From: Candidatus Woesearchaeota archaeon
Lineage (GTDB): Archaea; Nanobdellota; Nanobdellia; Woesearchaeales; UBA525
Direction: 5' to 3'
DNA length: 64,000 nt
Assembly: GCA_028818155.1 (NCBI GenBank)
Contig: JAPPOH010000014.1
Span: 75,042 to 139,041, forward strand
How positions within the stretch are numbered: position 1 is the first letter of the stretch; the number at the start of each line of letters is the position of its first letter. The notes below the pieces were generated by a model, which searched no databases, was not told the origin of the DNA, and worked only from the letters and a program-made list of their open reading frames with translations. Below, in pieces: positions 52,010-62,294 of the stretch. The position numbers and the translations under genes were made by a program.

Positions 52010-54316
52010 CGTCATCTGCTTACTTCCTTTCAGAACGTCATCGAACGTTGTATCAAAGAAGACAAGAATTGCGTCTGCGATCGGCTTGAGCTGCTTCTCG
52101 ATGTAATGATCGTAATCTATCGTTTTTGGTTCGAGTGCTGTCGGGTATGGACCGTCTGGCGTCATGACGTATTCAATCACGTTTGACTCGAGTTTTCCTT
52201 TCTCTTCCAATAAGCGCGCTGCTTTCACATGGGGTGGCGTTGTCTTCGTGTAACTTGCGAGGTCTTTTCTGATCGATTTTTTGTAGACTAAGAGCTCATC
52301 TCGCTTCCCTTCTCGTACGTCATCAACGAACTCCTTGATGTATGCAGAAGGATCGTTCTTTTTGAAGACTAATTGCAGGATTTTTCCTTGGAATTGCTTT
52401 GCTAATTCCGTCCAATCACGGCGAACAATCTCCATACCAGTAACCTGGAGGTCTTCTTTGCCGTTTTTCATGACAATGCCCGCGTACCGTTTCTTCGCGC
52501 CTTGCTCGCTGCCACGGATTTTCGGCATGATGAAGTTGACGAAGACTTTTTCCGCTTCTAATTCAAGGAAGCTCTTCCTGCCGTATTCTGCTTGCACGTG
52601 TTCGTTGTAGTATGCGTTGATTTTTTCTGTTACTTCGTTTCCTATCTGCTGCGCTTCTTCTTCAGTTTTGGCGTGCGCGTTGATGAAGACACTGTCCGTG
52701 TCGCCGTATATCACTTCGTAGCCCATTTCCTCGACTTTTGTCGCAGTCATCTGCGTGAAGTGTCGCGCAAAACTCGTAATAGCATTACCAACATCCAACG
52801 AATAGAAGCGGCATGCAGGGCTTGCAAGCACACCAAAGAAGCTATTCATTAAGATTTTAATTGCAAAGCTTGCAATGGGATCGTTTCGTTTCTTTGCTGC
52901 GTCTCGTGCTTGCCAGAATTCCTCTAAGAGCTTCGGTAAGATGCCATTGCCATCTTCGAAGACGACATCGTTTGGCGCTTTGATGCCGCCGTTTGTCTTT
53001 CCTCGTTCGTACGCGAGTGGATCAATGTTAAACGTGCGCATGATGCTTGGGTACAGCGACTTGAAGTCACAGACAATAATATTATCATAGATACCTGGCT
53101 TGCCTTCCATGACGTAGCCGCCGGAAATGCGCTCGTCTCGTTCAGAATAGCCAGTGCAGTTTGCGATGTAGCCTTGTTTTTTGAGTTCTCGTAAGTACAA
53201 TGAGTCGAAACTTGCGATACTTCCTTTCACTCTCGATAGATTCATGCCTGTGAGCATGGATCTTGTGATCATGATAGCGGAAACGTTCGTCTTCTCCATG
53301 ATATCAAGAACTAACTGTGAGTCTTTCAAGTTGTAATTAACAAGTTTCTGTGTATCATTCTTGTACGCATCATCAATACTGTGTCCTTTGTTGTCTTCAC
53401 CGATGAGTTTGTCGTCGCCAAGCAGTGTTTTCGCTGCTGTTGCGAGTTTGTAGTTCTCTAACGAAACAAAATTGAGTTTGAGTAACTGTATACCATCAAA
53501 AACTTGCCTCCCAGGGAAGTCTGCTGTGCTCTCTTTCAAAAATGAACTCTCAATTCTGAGTAGGCATTCCCAATCTTGCCGTGCCATCTTGAACGGGATG
53601 TTATGCTCCCTGAATTTCTTTCGTAACACATTCAGATCGAAATCGATTGTGTTCCACCCCGTCATGATATCAGGGTCTAAACGAATAACTTCTTTCCGAA
53701 AGTGTTCTAAGAGTGATTTTTCATCAGGGAAGATTTTTGCATGCTGCAAATCTGTTTTTTCTGTGATAATCAGTACTTCATTGATCTCGCCTGGCACGAT
53801 TAAACTGATACTGTACAGTTTTTTTGCATCCATGCTCGTTTCGATATCGAAACTCAGTACTTTTAACTCAGGCTGCCAGTCAATAGGTGTGAGTTGCGGC
53901 TCCTTGTAGACACGATTAACATAGTCATGTTCTTCGTACGCACCTTCGATATCCACTGTGCGAAGAATGTTGTTGTCGATTAAGAACCGCTGCGTGAAGC
54001 GAATGTCTGCTTCGTAACATTGAATCTTGTTTTCCTCGAAGATCTTTCGCAAAGCAACTGTATCCTTTGGAATATCGTAGATGATCTTTGCGAGTGGTTC
54101 GCCTTGCATGCTCTGCAGATCTGTTGCTTCACTCTCGTACGCGATGGTTGTCGGGAGATTTTTCGCGGTCGTAACATCTGCTTGCTTGATACAGAAGTAC
54201 GGCCGGAAGTAGTGGATACTGCAGAATGATTTGCCGTTTTCTAGTTTACCGAATAAATACACGTGCGCTTTGCCGTGCTCGATGCGATACGTTTCATCTA
54301 CGATGTAGCCTTTCAT
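51995..54316 (-). CDS. polB: family-B DNA polymerase
   Basis: Exo I FDIETS, SLYPSIM, KILMNSFFG and YGDTDS motifs. No intein. Confidence 0.95.
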   Translation of the reverse strand: MKGYIVDETYRIEHGKAHVYLFGKLENGKSFCSIHYFRPYFCIKQADVTTAKNLPTTIAYESEATDLQSMQGEPLAKIIYDIPKDTVALRKIFEENKIQCYEADIRFTQRFLIDNNILRTVDIEGAYEEHDYVNRVYKEPQLTPIDWQPELKVLSFDIETSMDAKKLYSISLIVPGEINEVLIITEKTDLQHAKIFPDEKSLLEHFRKEVIRLDPDIMTGWNTIDFDLNVLRKKFREHNIPFKMARQDWECLLRIESSFLKESTADFPGRQVFDGIQLLKLNFVSLENYKLATAAKTLLGDDKLIGEDNKGHSIDDAYKNDTQKLVNYNLKDSQLVLDIMEKTNVSAIMITRSMLTGMNLSRVKGSIASFDSLYLRELKKQGYIANCTGYSERDERISGGYVMEGKPGIYDNIIVCDFKSLYPSIMRTFNIDPLAYERGKTNGGIKAPNDVVFEDGNGILPKLLEEFWQARDAAKKRNDPIASFAIKILMNSFFGVLASPACRFYSLDVGNAITSFARHFTQMTATKVEEMGYEVIYGDTDSVFINAHAKTEEEAQQIGNEVTEKINAYYNEHVQAEYGRKSFLELEAEKVFVNFIMPKIRGSEQGAKKRYAGIVMKNGKEDLQVTGMEIVRRDWTELAKQFQGKILQLVFKKNDPSAYIKEFVDDVREGKRDELLVYKKSIRKDLASYTKTTPPHVKAARLLEEKGKLESNVIEYVMTPDGPYPTALEPKTIDYDHYIEKQLKPIADAILVFFDTTFDDVLKGSKQMTLGGF

Positions 54317-54717
54317 AGTTGCTTTACCATTTGTTTCTTCAGCGCGAATATTTTCTCAATAAGTTGATCTCCTTGTTCGAGTGTGACGCTCTTCCCATAG
54401 TAGTTAATGCTGTTTCGTATCCATCGAGCGCGATCAAATGTTGCATAGTTAAAGTCTTCGAGCAGCTCTTGTAGTAACTCCCCTAAACAAATATGCGAAA
54501 TAACTTTGTATCCATGTGTAACACACACTGCTTCAAGTACTTCTCTCAGGGAATCATATGCCATTGATGCGTATGCTGGAATATTTTTTTGTGTAAGCGT
54601 TACTTCTCGAACAGCATCTTCTTTTATATCAGACATCTCGACGAGTGATGCTATAAGTCCACTATCTTTTTTTGTTTTCTTGATAAGTCCTTTTCGTTTG
54701 CATTCAGTTACGTCCAT
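54313..54717 (-). CDS. HEPN-like helical partner of the nucleotidyltransferase
   Basis: Paralog of 572..970 (SHICL...RARWIRNSINYYG). Its stop overlaps the polB ATG (ATGA); its start overlaps the MNT gene by 10 nt. Confidence 0.65.
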   Translation of the reverse strand: MDVTECKRKGLIKKTKKDSGLIASLVEMSDIKEDAVREVTLTQKNIPAYASMAYDSLREVLEAVCVTHGYKVISHICLGELLQELLEDFNYATFDRARWIRNSINYYGKSVTLEQGDQLIEKIFALKKQMVKQL

Positions 54718-55229
54718 GAAAACTCTCCTTGAATGACGGTGCCATTGAGTATATTTTGTTGTAAGTGTTTATTTCCTATTTCGCTTATTGTTGTAACTGG
54801 AATAATATGCAGTGCTCGTTTGAGTTTTTTCTCGAATTTTTGTACATTGTGCTGTTTTGATGTTTCCGAGATGACACAAATGTCGATATCACTTGTTTCT
54901 GTGTCAAGTCCTTGTGCTGCTGAACCAAAGAGTACGATCGTTGGTTTCAAGTAGAATTCGTTCAGCTCTTCGATAAGGCCTGTTGTTCTCAGTGTATGTT
55001 GTATCCAGAATCGTTTGAGTTCTCTGTATGATTCGCTCTCAAGGTTCGCTCTGTAGAGATGTAGCATACGTTCCTTTCTGTATTTGAGGATTTTTTGTTG
55101 TGCCATTGCTTTGAGCTCTTTACTCACTGTTGGTGCTGAGTGTTTTGTGAGACGAGCAACCTCTCTGACGTTGAACTCTCTGGTTGGTTCATCCATGAAC
55201 AACTTCAGGATGTTAATATTTTTTAACAT
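54708..55229 (-). CDS. wHTH + minimal nucleotidyltransferase (MNT-type) protein
   Basis: N-terminal wHTH (FNVREVARLTKHSAPTVSKELKAM) followed by LFGSAAQGLDTETSDIDICV. TATA (AAATATTTAAACAG on the minus strand) lies about 28 nt upstream of ATG 55229. Confidence 0.8.
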   Translation of the reverse strand: MLKNINILKLFMDEPTREFNVREVARLTKHSAPTVSKELKAMAQQKILKYRKERMLHLYRANLESESYRELKRFWIQHTLRTTGLIEELNEFYLKPTIVLFGSAAQGLDTETSDIDICVISETSKQHNVQKFEKKLKRALHIIPVTTISEIGNKHLQQNILNGTVIQGEFSWT

Positions 55230-55355
55230 TTGTTAATAGAGATTAACAACTGTTTAAATATTTTTCCACTCTCCTGAGAGAAATACACCTTCATTTATCT
55301 TCTTTGTGTGTCCGTGACCAGTGGCTTTTTAAACTCTCCAGCAGTTCAAAATGTC

Positions 55356-57110
55356 ATGACTCGTTTAGCAGTTGTCGAGAAGGATAAGTGCAACCAGGAG
55401 CGCTGTGGCGGTCTCTTATGCGCAAAAGTCTGCCCTATCAATAAAGCAGGCAGCGATTGTGTTTTTGAGGGAGATGATAAGAAGGCCCGGATAGAAGAAG
55501 AACTGTGTATCGGCTGCAATATCTGCGTGATGAAATGTCCTGTTGATGCCATTAGTATCATTAATTTACCAGAGCAGCTGGAGGATGCACCCGTCCACCG
55601 TTACGGTGAGCAGCAGCATTTGTTCGCGTTATACAACTTACCTGTGCCGATCTTCGGCAAAGTCGTTGGCATCATCGGCCGGAATGGTATTGGGAAGAGC
55701 ACCGCAATGGGAATATTGGCTGGTACATTACAGCCAAACTTTGCAACACCTGACGGTGCGGATGTTGATGAACTCATCAAGCGATTCAAAGGAACAGAAG
55801 CCCAGGCGTTCTTTGAGAAACTCAGAGATGAAAAAATCAAAATCGCCTTCAAACCACAGATGGTAGACAGCATCCCAAAAGCGTTCAAAGGCACAGTGCA
55901 AGAGTTATTGGAAAAAACCAACCAAAAAGACGATGCGTATTACAAAAGCATTCTCGAAATGCTCGAATTGGAGCACTTACTTGACAGAAAAATAGATGTC
56001 ATCTCCGGCGGTGAACTACAACGAGTTGCGATTGCCGCAACTGCACTGAAAGACGCGAACGTCTACTTTTTTGATGAGCCAACAAGCTACCTCGATATTA
56101 AACAGCGCCTAAAAGTCGCGCAATTCATTAAGTCATTAGCGACAGAAGAGACGGCAGTCATGGTGATTGAGCACGACCTCATCATTCTTGATTATCTTAC
56201 CGATCTCATGCACCTTGTCTACGGAAAAGAGAACGTGTACGGCATCATCAGCCATCCAAAGGCAAGCAAAAATGGCATTAACACATATCTATCTGGCTTC
56301 ATGAAAGATGAAAACATCAGATTCAGAGACCATCAAATTACATTCTCAGAAAAGCCACCATTTGAATCGTTGAATGACGAACTCTTGGTGACATGGCCGG
56401 AAATCAAGGTGAAAAAAGGCTCATTTTCATTAGAAGCGAAGCCAGGCGACATCTACAAACACGACATTATTGGAATATTAGGTGAAAATGGTATCGGGAA
56501 GACAACCTTCATGAACGAAATCGCGAAGATGCAACTCGAAACGAAAGCGGGCGAAGGAAAAATTGCCTTCAAACCACAAGCGCTGGATGCAACGGACACA
56601 AACGTCGGGGAATTCCTCCAGGAAGCGATGCAGTACGAGCAACAACTCATGAAACCACTCGACCTAGAGCCGCTACTAGAGAGAAATCTGAATGAGTTAT
56701 CCGGCGGGCAGCTACAGCGCGTGTTCATCGCGCGAACGTTAGCGCAAGATGCAGATTTATACCTCTTAGATGAGCCATCAGCATACCTGGATATTGAACA
56801 ACGCTTGATTCTCAGTAAAGTAATCCGTGATATGATGGAAGCGAAAGGGAAAGCTGCCTTGATTATCGATCACGACTTACTTTTCATTGATTATATCAGC
56901 CAGAAACTCGTTATCTTTGATGGCCTGCCTGGCAGAGAAGGAAACGTCAACGGTCCTATGAGTATGGAAGACGGAATGAACACGTTTCTCAAAGATATAC
57001 AAATTACATTCAGGCGAGATGACGAGAATCACCGGCCGCGCGCTAATAAACTGGACAGCCAGATGGACCGCGAGCAGAAAAGTACAGGGAAGTTGTACTA
57101 TACAGGATGA
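55356..57110 (+). CDS. ABCE1 / RNase L inhibitor-type ribosome recycling ATPase
   Basis: N-terminal 4Fe-4S Cys clusters (CNQERCGGLLCAKVCP, CIGCNICVMKCP) and two ABC cassettes (GRNGIGKST, GENGIGKTT, LSGGELQR, LSGGQLQR). ATG 55356 has a TATA (GCTTTTTAAACTC) 26 nt upstream. Confidence 0.95.
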   Translation: MTRLAVVEKDKCNQERCGGLLCAKVCPINKAGSDCVFEGDDKKARIEEELCIGCNICVMKCPVDAISIINLPEQLEDAPVHRYGEQQHLFALYNLPVPIFGKVVGIIGRNGIGKSTAMGILAGTLQPNFATPDGADVDELIKRFKGTEAQAFFEKLRDEKIKIAFKPQMVDSIPKAFKGTVQELLEKTNQKDDAYYKSILEMLELEHLLDRKIDVISGGELQRVAIAATALKDANVYFFDEPTSYLDIKQRLKVAQFIKSLATEETAVMVIEHDLIILDYLTDLMHLVYGKENVYGIISHPKASKNGINTYLSGFMKDENIRFRDHQITFSEKPPFESLNDELLVTWPEIKVKKGSFSLEAKPGDIYKHDIIGILGENGIGKTTFMNEIAKMQLETKAGEGKIAFKPQALDATDTNVGEFLQEAMQYEQQLMKPLDLEPLLERNLNELSGGQLQRVFIARTLAQDADLYLLDEPSAYLDIEQRLILSKVIRDMMEAKGKAALIIDHDLLFIDYISQKLVIFDGLPGREGNVNGPMSMEDGMNTFLKDIQITFRRDDENHRPRANKLDSQMDREQKSTGKLYYTG

Positions 57111-57700
57111 AATATGCGCTCTCGTTAACAATTGTTGTCTTCGCCACTGCATTTCTCAGTGTCTTTGCCACTTCTGTTGTGTATGATGACCGGCATGATG
57201 CGATCGTTTCGTATCTGAAGAATCCGTTTGCAAGTAATACACTTGATTTCTTAACGGAAGACGAACAAGATCACATGACAGACGTGCACAGGCTCTTCAC
57301 GATTGGTTACATCCTCGTTGTGCTCGCACTTACGTGCTTATTCTTCGGGTTGTGGAAGAAAAGAATCACCTACAAGGTCTTTTGGCGGTCTGGCTGGGCA
57401 TGTATCACGTTTTGCATGGTTGTGAGTCTCTTTGCAATGTTCTCATTCTCACGTTTTTGGACGCTCTTCCACAAAATTTTCTTTCCGCAGGGGAATTGGG
57501 AGTTTCCAGCCGAGAGTGTGCTCATCACACTGTACCCGAGCATGTTCTTTCAAGGGTTTGTGCTGCATTGGCTCGCCATTATTGGCGGGTATGGTGTGCT
57601 TGCACTCTGTCTTTCGCTATTTGCGAGGAACATGGATGAGCACGCGCGCTTGTTTACACGAAAACTTCATAAAAAGAGGAAGAAAAAGAAGAGAACATGA
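57107..57700 (+). CDS. DUF1461-like integral membrane protein
   Basis: The FWTLFHKIFFPQGNWEFPAESVLITLYP pattern resembles the DUF1461/TIGR01906 family from memory. ATGA overlap with ABCE1. Confidence 0.5.
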   Translation: MKYALSLTIVVFATAFLSVFATSVVYDDRHDAIVSYLKNPFASNTLDFLTEDEQDHMTDVHRLFTIGYILVVLALTCLFFGLWKKRITYKVFWRSGWACITFCMVVSLFAMFSFSRFWTLFHKIFFPQGNWEFPAESVLITLYPSMFFQGFVLHWLAIIGGYGVLALCLSLFARNMDEHARLFTRKLHKKRKKKKRT

Positions 57701-58545
57701 AGAAACTCCTACTCCTCCTGTTGTGTATTCCCTTCGCGTTCGCACTGGACATTCCCTCGCCAGGGTTCGTGGTTGATGAAGCTGGTTTGTTGACACCTGG
57801 CGAGCAGCTTGACCTGAGCAATTACTTAGCAAACATCGAAGAAAAGAGCACTGTGGAGATTGGCGTGCTGATCCTTCCATCGTTAGAGGATGAGAACCTT
57901 GAGTTGTTTGCGAATGAAGTCTTCAGAGAGTGGGGTCTCGGCAAGAAAGACGTGAATAATGGCGTACTCATTCTTATTGCGCTTGAGGATCGTGCGATCA
58001 GGATTGAGGTAGGCACAGGGTTGGAAGGTGTCTTGACAGATGCTGCAGCCGGTCTGTTAATTCGAAATCGTCTTTCGCCTGCGTTCAAAGCAGAGAAGTA
58101 TGCTGCCGGTCTCACACTTGCAGCTGAAGATATCTGGAAGCTTGCTGAGAATGATCCGGGAACCGTGTCGCGGTACAGCATGGGAACAACGAGAAACACA
58201 TCAGCAGGGCTTGAGTTCTTCATCGTGTTGTTGATCGTTGGCGGCTATCTTGCTGTGCTTGGCCTCACCAAAGTGATGATTAAAGAGCACAGGCACAGGA
58301 AAAAAGTGCAATCAAAAGCGTGGTATACTGCGTTAATTATTGCGTGGGTGTTGAGCGTGCTGTTTGGCAGCGGTATTCTCTGGATTGCGCTCTTCTTTTT
58401 GCTGATGATCGGCACCGTTGGCGGTGGCGTGTTCTTCTTCCCAATGTTTATGGGTGGCGGCCGTGGTGGTCTCGGCGGCTCTGGTGGTTTTGGCGGCTTT
58501 GGCGGCGGTTTTTCTGGTGGCGGTGGCGCTTCAGGTGGTTGGTAG
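57697..58545 (+). CDS. TPM-domain (YgcG-like) membrane protein with Gly-rich tail
   Basis: Signal peptide, TPM-like domain (VVDEAGLL...NNGVLILIALEDRAIRIEVG), TM helices, C-terminal GGGRGGLGGSGGFGGFGGG. Confidence 0.75.
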   Translation: MKKLLLLLLCIPFAFALDIPSPGFVVDEAGLLTPGEQLDLSNYLANIEEKSTVEIGVLILPSLEDENLELFANEVFREWGLGKKDVNNGVLILIALEDRAIRIEVGTGLEGVLTDAAAGLLIRNRLSPAFKAEKYAAGLTLAAEDIWKLAENDPGTVSRYSMGTTRNTSAGLEFFIVLLIVGGYLAVLGLTKVMIKEHRHRKKVQSKAWYTALIIAWVLSVLFGSGILWIALFFLLMIGTVGGGVFFFPMFMGGGRGGLGGSGGFGGFGGGFSGGGGASGGW

Positions 58546-58689
58546 AAGATTCTCAAGTTGTTTTACAGAACGTTTTGGTTTGATTGTGCCTTTTTCTATG
58601 AACGTGCGAGGCATGAGTTTCTGAAAGAATACTGAATATTTAAACTCGAGCCCGCAACGTTTATAAACACCTTCCAGCCTCTTTGAGAA

Positions 58690-59094
58690 ATGGCAGAAAT
58701 CACGCACAAAACAGCTGGTCAATTACAAAAAGGCAATTACGTTCTCGTTGATGGTGTTGCTTCTACGGTGAGCGGCATTCAGACATCACGTCCAGGCAAA
58801 CACGGCCACGCAAAAGTACGATTATCTGCTGTGGGTATCATCGACGGCAAGAAGCGAGAGATCGTTGTGCCTGGCCATGATCACATGGAGTGCCCGATTA
58901 TCGGGAAGAAGAACGCGCAAGTCCTCTCCCTTTCTGGAAGCACAGCGAATGTCATGGACATGGAAACGTACGAAACGTATGATCTCACCATCCCTGATGA
59001 GCTCAAGGATGAAGTAACTGAGGGTTGCACTGTCTTGTACTGGCAGATCATGGATGATCGTGTCGTGAAGCAGGTCGTTGCGAACCAAGAGTAA
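58690..59094 (+). CDS. translation initiation factor 5A
   Basis: SRPGKHGHAKV hypusine loop, size of 134 aa. TATA (GTTTATAAAC) lies 26 nt upstream. Confidence 0.95.
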   Translation: MAEITHKTAGQLQKGNYVLVDGVASTVSGIQTSRPGKHGHAKVRLSAVGIIDGKKREIVVPGHDHMECPIIGKKNAQVLSLSGSTANVMDMETYETYDLTIPDELKDEVTEGCTVLYWQIMDDRVVKQVVANQE

Positions 59095-59097
59095 GTT

Positions 59098-59808
59098 CTA
59101 GTTCCAGAGCATATTGAAATAGTTCCTGTGTGAATTCGTTATCTCTTTGTTGTGTATTTTCACCGCAAGCGGTTCTTTCGACCATTGAATGAACAGACAG
59201 TTCTCATCGTACAAGATAGTTGTTGTTGGGTTTGTGAATCTATCGTCGACAAACTTGTATGTAAGAAAGTCTCTCATTTCCATCTTTTTCTCGAATGATT
59301 TTGGAAAAATCGATCGCTGTGGTATTTTTCGCTTGATGCGTTGCTCGTGCCACAATTCGAAGTACGGGCCAAAAAATTCTTTGAACTGTAGCTCGGCAGC
59401 GATGATATCGATAGGTTTTCCTACAAGAAGCATATCCTCGAAGAGCATGCGGAGTCCTTTCTTTCCTGTAAAGATTGTGGCGTCAAGAACCGGTTCGCTC
59501 TGTGGTAACAAGGCTATTTCATCTGCAAGTGATTCTCGTACGTGCTGGAACTCCTCTTCTTTTGCTTTTGCAAGGGAGCAAAGCACATCGGGCGGCTTTG
59601 CCTCAAACCATTTCATCCTGTTCTTTGTGATGAATGAGATAACCCCCTTCGTGAGAAGGCGGTCGAGTGCCTCGTAGACGTTTGTTCTATTCAGTCCAGT
59701 GCGTGCGCTTATCTTGTTTGCATAGCTGCAGCCATGCTCGATAAGGTGACTGTATACTTTGGTTTCAGATGGGCTAAAGCCAAGCATGGCGAGGTTGTCT
59801 GTCAGCAT
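59098..59808 (-). CDS. TrmB-family transcriptional regulator
   Basis: LGFSPSETKVYSHLIEHGCSYANKISARTGLNRTNVYEALDRLLTKGVI. ATG 59808 has a TATA (GTTTTAAAATCG) about 25 nt upstream; the track ORF starts at GTG 59856. Confidence 0.8.
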   Translation of the reverse strand: MLTDNLAMLGFSPSETKVYSHLIEHGCSYANKISARTGLNRTNVYEALDRLLTKGVISFITKNRMKWFEAKPPDVLCSLAKAKEEEFQHVRESLADEIALLPQSEPVLDATIFTGKKGLRMLFEDMLLVGKPIDIIAAELQFKEFFGPYFELWHEQRIKRKIPQRSIFPKSFEKKMEMRDFLTYKFVDDRFTNPTTTILYDENCLFIQWSKEPLAVKIHNKEITNSHRNYFNMLWN

Positions 59809-59893
59809 GAGGCTTGGATCTCGCACGATTTTAAAACTGTTGTGGTAATACACCACAGCTGATCCTTAAGTAAGCAGGGGCACTTCATTCAGC

Positions 59894-60820
59894 ATGAAAC
59901 AGTATGGTGTACTCCTCCTGCTCATTCTTGCAGCTTGTGCGCCCACAGACGAGATCCGTGTTGGATATTTGCCTGTGCTCGTGAACCTCCCGTTATTCGT
60001 CGCACTTGAAGAGGGCTACTTTGAGAAGTACAATGTCAATGTGGAAGCCGTAGAAGCACAATCTCCAAACCATATCGTCGAGGCGATTATAGCAGGACAT
60101 CTCGATGGTGCAGGCATCTTGGCATTTCCCATCCTCTTTGCTGCTGAAGAGAAGTATCCTGGTGCGCTCACCTTGTTTGCAACAACTGACGAAACAAGAG
60201 AACAGTACGTTGCTTCCATTCTCGTGCTCAACAACTCGAATATAACGAACATCGCAGACCTCAAAGGGAAGAAAATAGGGGTATATACAGGACTCGTGCA
60301 AGTCCTTTTTCTCAAGAGCATCCTTACAGGCATGGGCTTTCATGAAGGAGATGTTGAGATAGTGCAAATATCGCCGCGATTGCAGCTTCAGGGACTCACA
60401 GCAGGGCATTATGATGCGCTCTCCACTGTGGAACCATTCACAACGCTGGCGAGAAAGCACGGCGCAGTAGTTCTTGTACAGAATCCTCGTGTGCGCTATA
60501 TTCAAGAGCCGTTTCCTTCCGTTGCAACACCGATAGCGACACAATTTCTCACAGAGCATCCGGAGATCGCACAAAACTACGTGCGTGCGTATAGCGATGC
60601 GATAACGTTCATCAATGAACACCCAGAGCGAGCAAAGAAACACCTTGCGAAGTACACGCCAATTTCTGAAGAAGTTACACAAGAGGTCACACTCCCGAAA
60701 TTCAACCACTACGGCGAGGAAAACAGGAGTAATGTGCAACGCTATGCTGACTGGATGCACGAACATGATCTTCTCAAAGAACCCATAGATGTCCACGCCA
60801 TGTTCGGCGAACTCTCATGA
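59894..60820 (+). CDS. ABC transporter substrate-binding lipoprotein (NMT1/SsuA/TauA-like)
   Basis: Lipobox LLILAAC and an NMT1/THI5-like periplasmic-binding pattern. Followed by ATPase and permease genes. Confidence 0.7.
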   Translation: MKQYGVLLLLILAACAPTDEIRVGYLPVLVNLPLFVALEEGYFEKYNVNVEAVEAQSPNHIVEAIIAGHLDGAGILAFPILFAAEEKYPGALTLFATTDETREQYVASILVLNNSNITNIADLKGKKIGVYTGLVQVLFLKSILTGMGFHEGDVEIVQISPRLQLQGLTAGHYDALSTVEPFTTLARKHGAVVLVQNPRVRYIQEPFPSVATPIATQFLTEHPEIAQNYVRAYSDAITFINEHPERAKKHLAKYTPISEEVTQEVTLPKFNHYGEENRSNVQRYADWMHEHDLLKEPIDVHAMFGELS

Positions 60821-61506
60821 TTCTCACCGTTTCTCACATCATGAAGCGTTTCCAGAACCCAGTGTTGGAAGATGTGAGCTTTTCAGTACGCAAAGGAGAA
60901 TTTCTCGTACTCTTCGGCCCAAACGGGTGTGGCAAGACAACATTACTCCACATTATTGCAGGCGTCATGCAGCCAGATAGCGGGAGTGTGCGATGTCCGA
61001 AAAAAATTGGGTTTGTGTTTCAGAATTACAGGGATGCGCTCTTTCCTTGGAAAACAAATCTTGAGAATATTGCGTTTCCACTCGAGTTACAACGTGTGCC
61101 AAAACAAGAACGTCTTCGAAAAGCGACGAAACTCGTTGAGAAGCTGACGCTCAGCGTACCACTCAATCAATACCCCTATCAAAGCAGTGGCGGAGAACAG
61201 CAGCTCGTCTCTCTACTCAGAGAACTACTGAGTAAACCAGATCTTTTGCTGATGGATGAGCCATTCTCAGCGCTGCATCATGAGAGCCGAGCATATCTCA
61301 GGAACACAGTGCAAGACCTTGCTAGGAAACTCAAGCTCACTGTGGTATTCGTGACACACGATATCACTGAAGCAGTACAGTTAGGAGATCGGGTGGTGCT
61401 GCTCAATAGTAAGAAGGAAGTGCGCGTTACGTTGTCGCGAGCTGAAAGAGTAGTGCACTCGAAAGCATTTCAGCGAATGAGGAAAAAGTTCGAGGCACAT
61501 CTATGA
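60817..61506 (+). CDS. ABC transporter ATP-binding protein (nitrate/sulfonate/taurine type)
   Basis: Walker A GPNGCGKTT, signature SSGGEQQ, Walker B LLLMDEPFSAL. Confidence 0.85.
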   Translation: MILTVSHIMKRFQNPVLEDVSFSVRKGEFLVLFGPNGCGKTTLLHIIAGVMQPDSGSVRCPKKIGFVFQNYRDALFPWKTNLENIAFPLELQRVPKQERLRKATKLVEKLTLSVPLNQYPYQSSGGEQQLVSLLRELLSKPDLLLMDEPFSALHHESRAYLRNTVQDLARKLKLTVVFVTHDITEAVQLGDRVVLLNSKKEVRVTLSRAERVVHSKAFQRMRKKFEAHL

Positions 61507-62231
61507 AAAAAGTTCTCTCACTCGTCCTTCTTTTGATGTTCTGGATATTCTTAACGTGGACAAACAGCGTACACCCCGTCTTTCTTCCCCCAATGCATAG
61601 CGTGCTGCACGCGCTACACGACCTGCTGCTCTCAAGTGGTCTTGACGTGATGAGTACTCTTGGGCGTACGATAGCAGGGTTTCTGCTAGGTGTTTTTATT
61701 GCTGTGCCCCTCGGTGTTTTTCTCGGCGTACACAGAGGGCTCTATAATACTGTTTCATGGTACATTGACTTCTTGAGATCTGTTCCTGTCACCGCGATGT
61801 TCCCGCTCTTTCTTGTCTTCTTTGGTTTTGGTAATACTTCGAAAATTGCGATGAGTGCGTGGGCGAGCGGGTTCATTCTCCTCGTGAATACCATCAACGG
61901 AGTCAGGAGTACGAAGTTAAATCGACGAGTGATGGCACAGGTAAAACACGCAACGCGAACACAGATCCTCACAAAAATAACATTCCCTGAAACACTTCCG
62001 TTCATCTTTACGGGGATGAAAATAGGTACTTCGTGGAGTCTTATCGTTGTTCTCGTTGCAGAAATGTTCATCGGCACAACGCATGGACTTGGACGCAGGA
62101 TCTATGATGCGAGCATTCTCTTTGACACGCCAATGGTACTCGCATGTATTTTTATCGTGGGATGTGTTGGGCTAGTAACAAATTATCTGCTCACGCTATG
62201 GGAGAAGTCCGTTGTGCATTGGAAGGTGTAA
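61503..62231 (+). CDS. ABC transporter permease
   Basis: Six TM helices, BPD-transport pattern, ATGA overlap with the ATPase gene. Confidence 0.8.
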   Translation: MKKVLSLVLLLMFWIFLTWTNSVHPVFLPPMHSVLHALHDLLLSSGLDVMSTLGRTIAGFLLGVFIAVPLGVFLGVHRGLYNTVSWYIDFLRSVPVTAMFPLFLVFFGFGNTSKIAMSAWASGFILLVNTINGVRSTKLNRRVMAQVKHATRTQILTKITFPETLPFIFTGMKIGTSWSLIVVLVAEMFIGTTHGLGRRIYDASILFDTPMVLACIFIVGCVGLVTNYLLTLWEKSVVHWKV

Positions 62232-62234
62232 TTC

Positions 62235-62264
62235 CGGAAATCTTCCGGGTTTTCTGACGAAAGT
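62235..62264 (+). promoter_or_regulatory. conserved motif, copy A (CGGAAATCTTCCGGGTTTTCTGACGAAAGT) containing hairpin CCGGAA-ATC-TTCCGG plus a T-run
   Basis: Lies immediately after the permease stop, so it could act as a terminator. Also ends 30 nt before ATG 62295, the same spacing as copy B. Confidence 0.45.
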
Positions 62265-62294
62265 CACTTAAAGAATTCCACACTTCTGTTTTGT

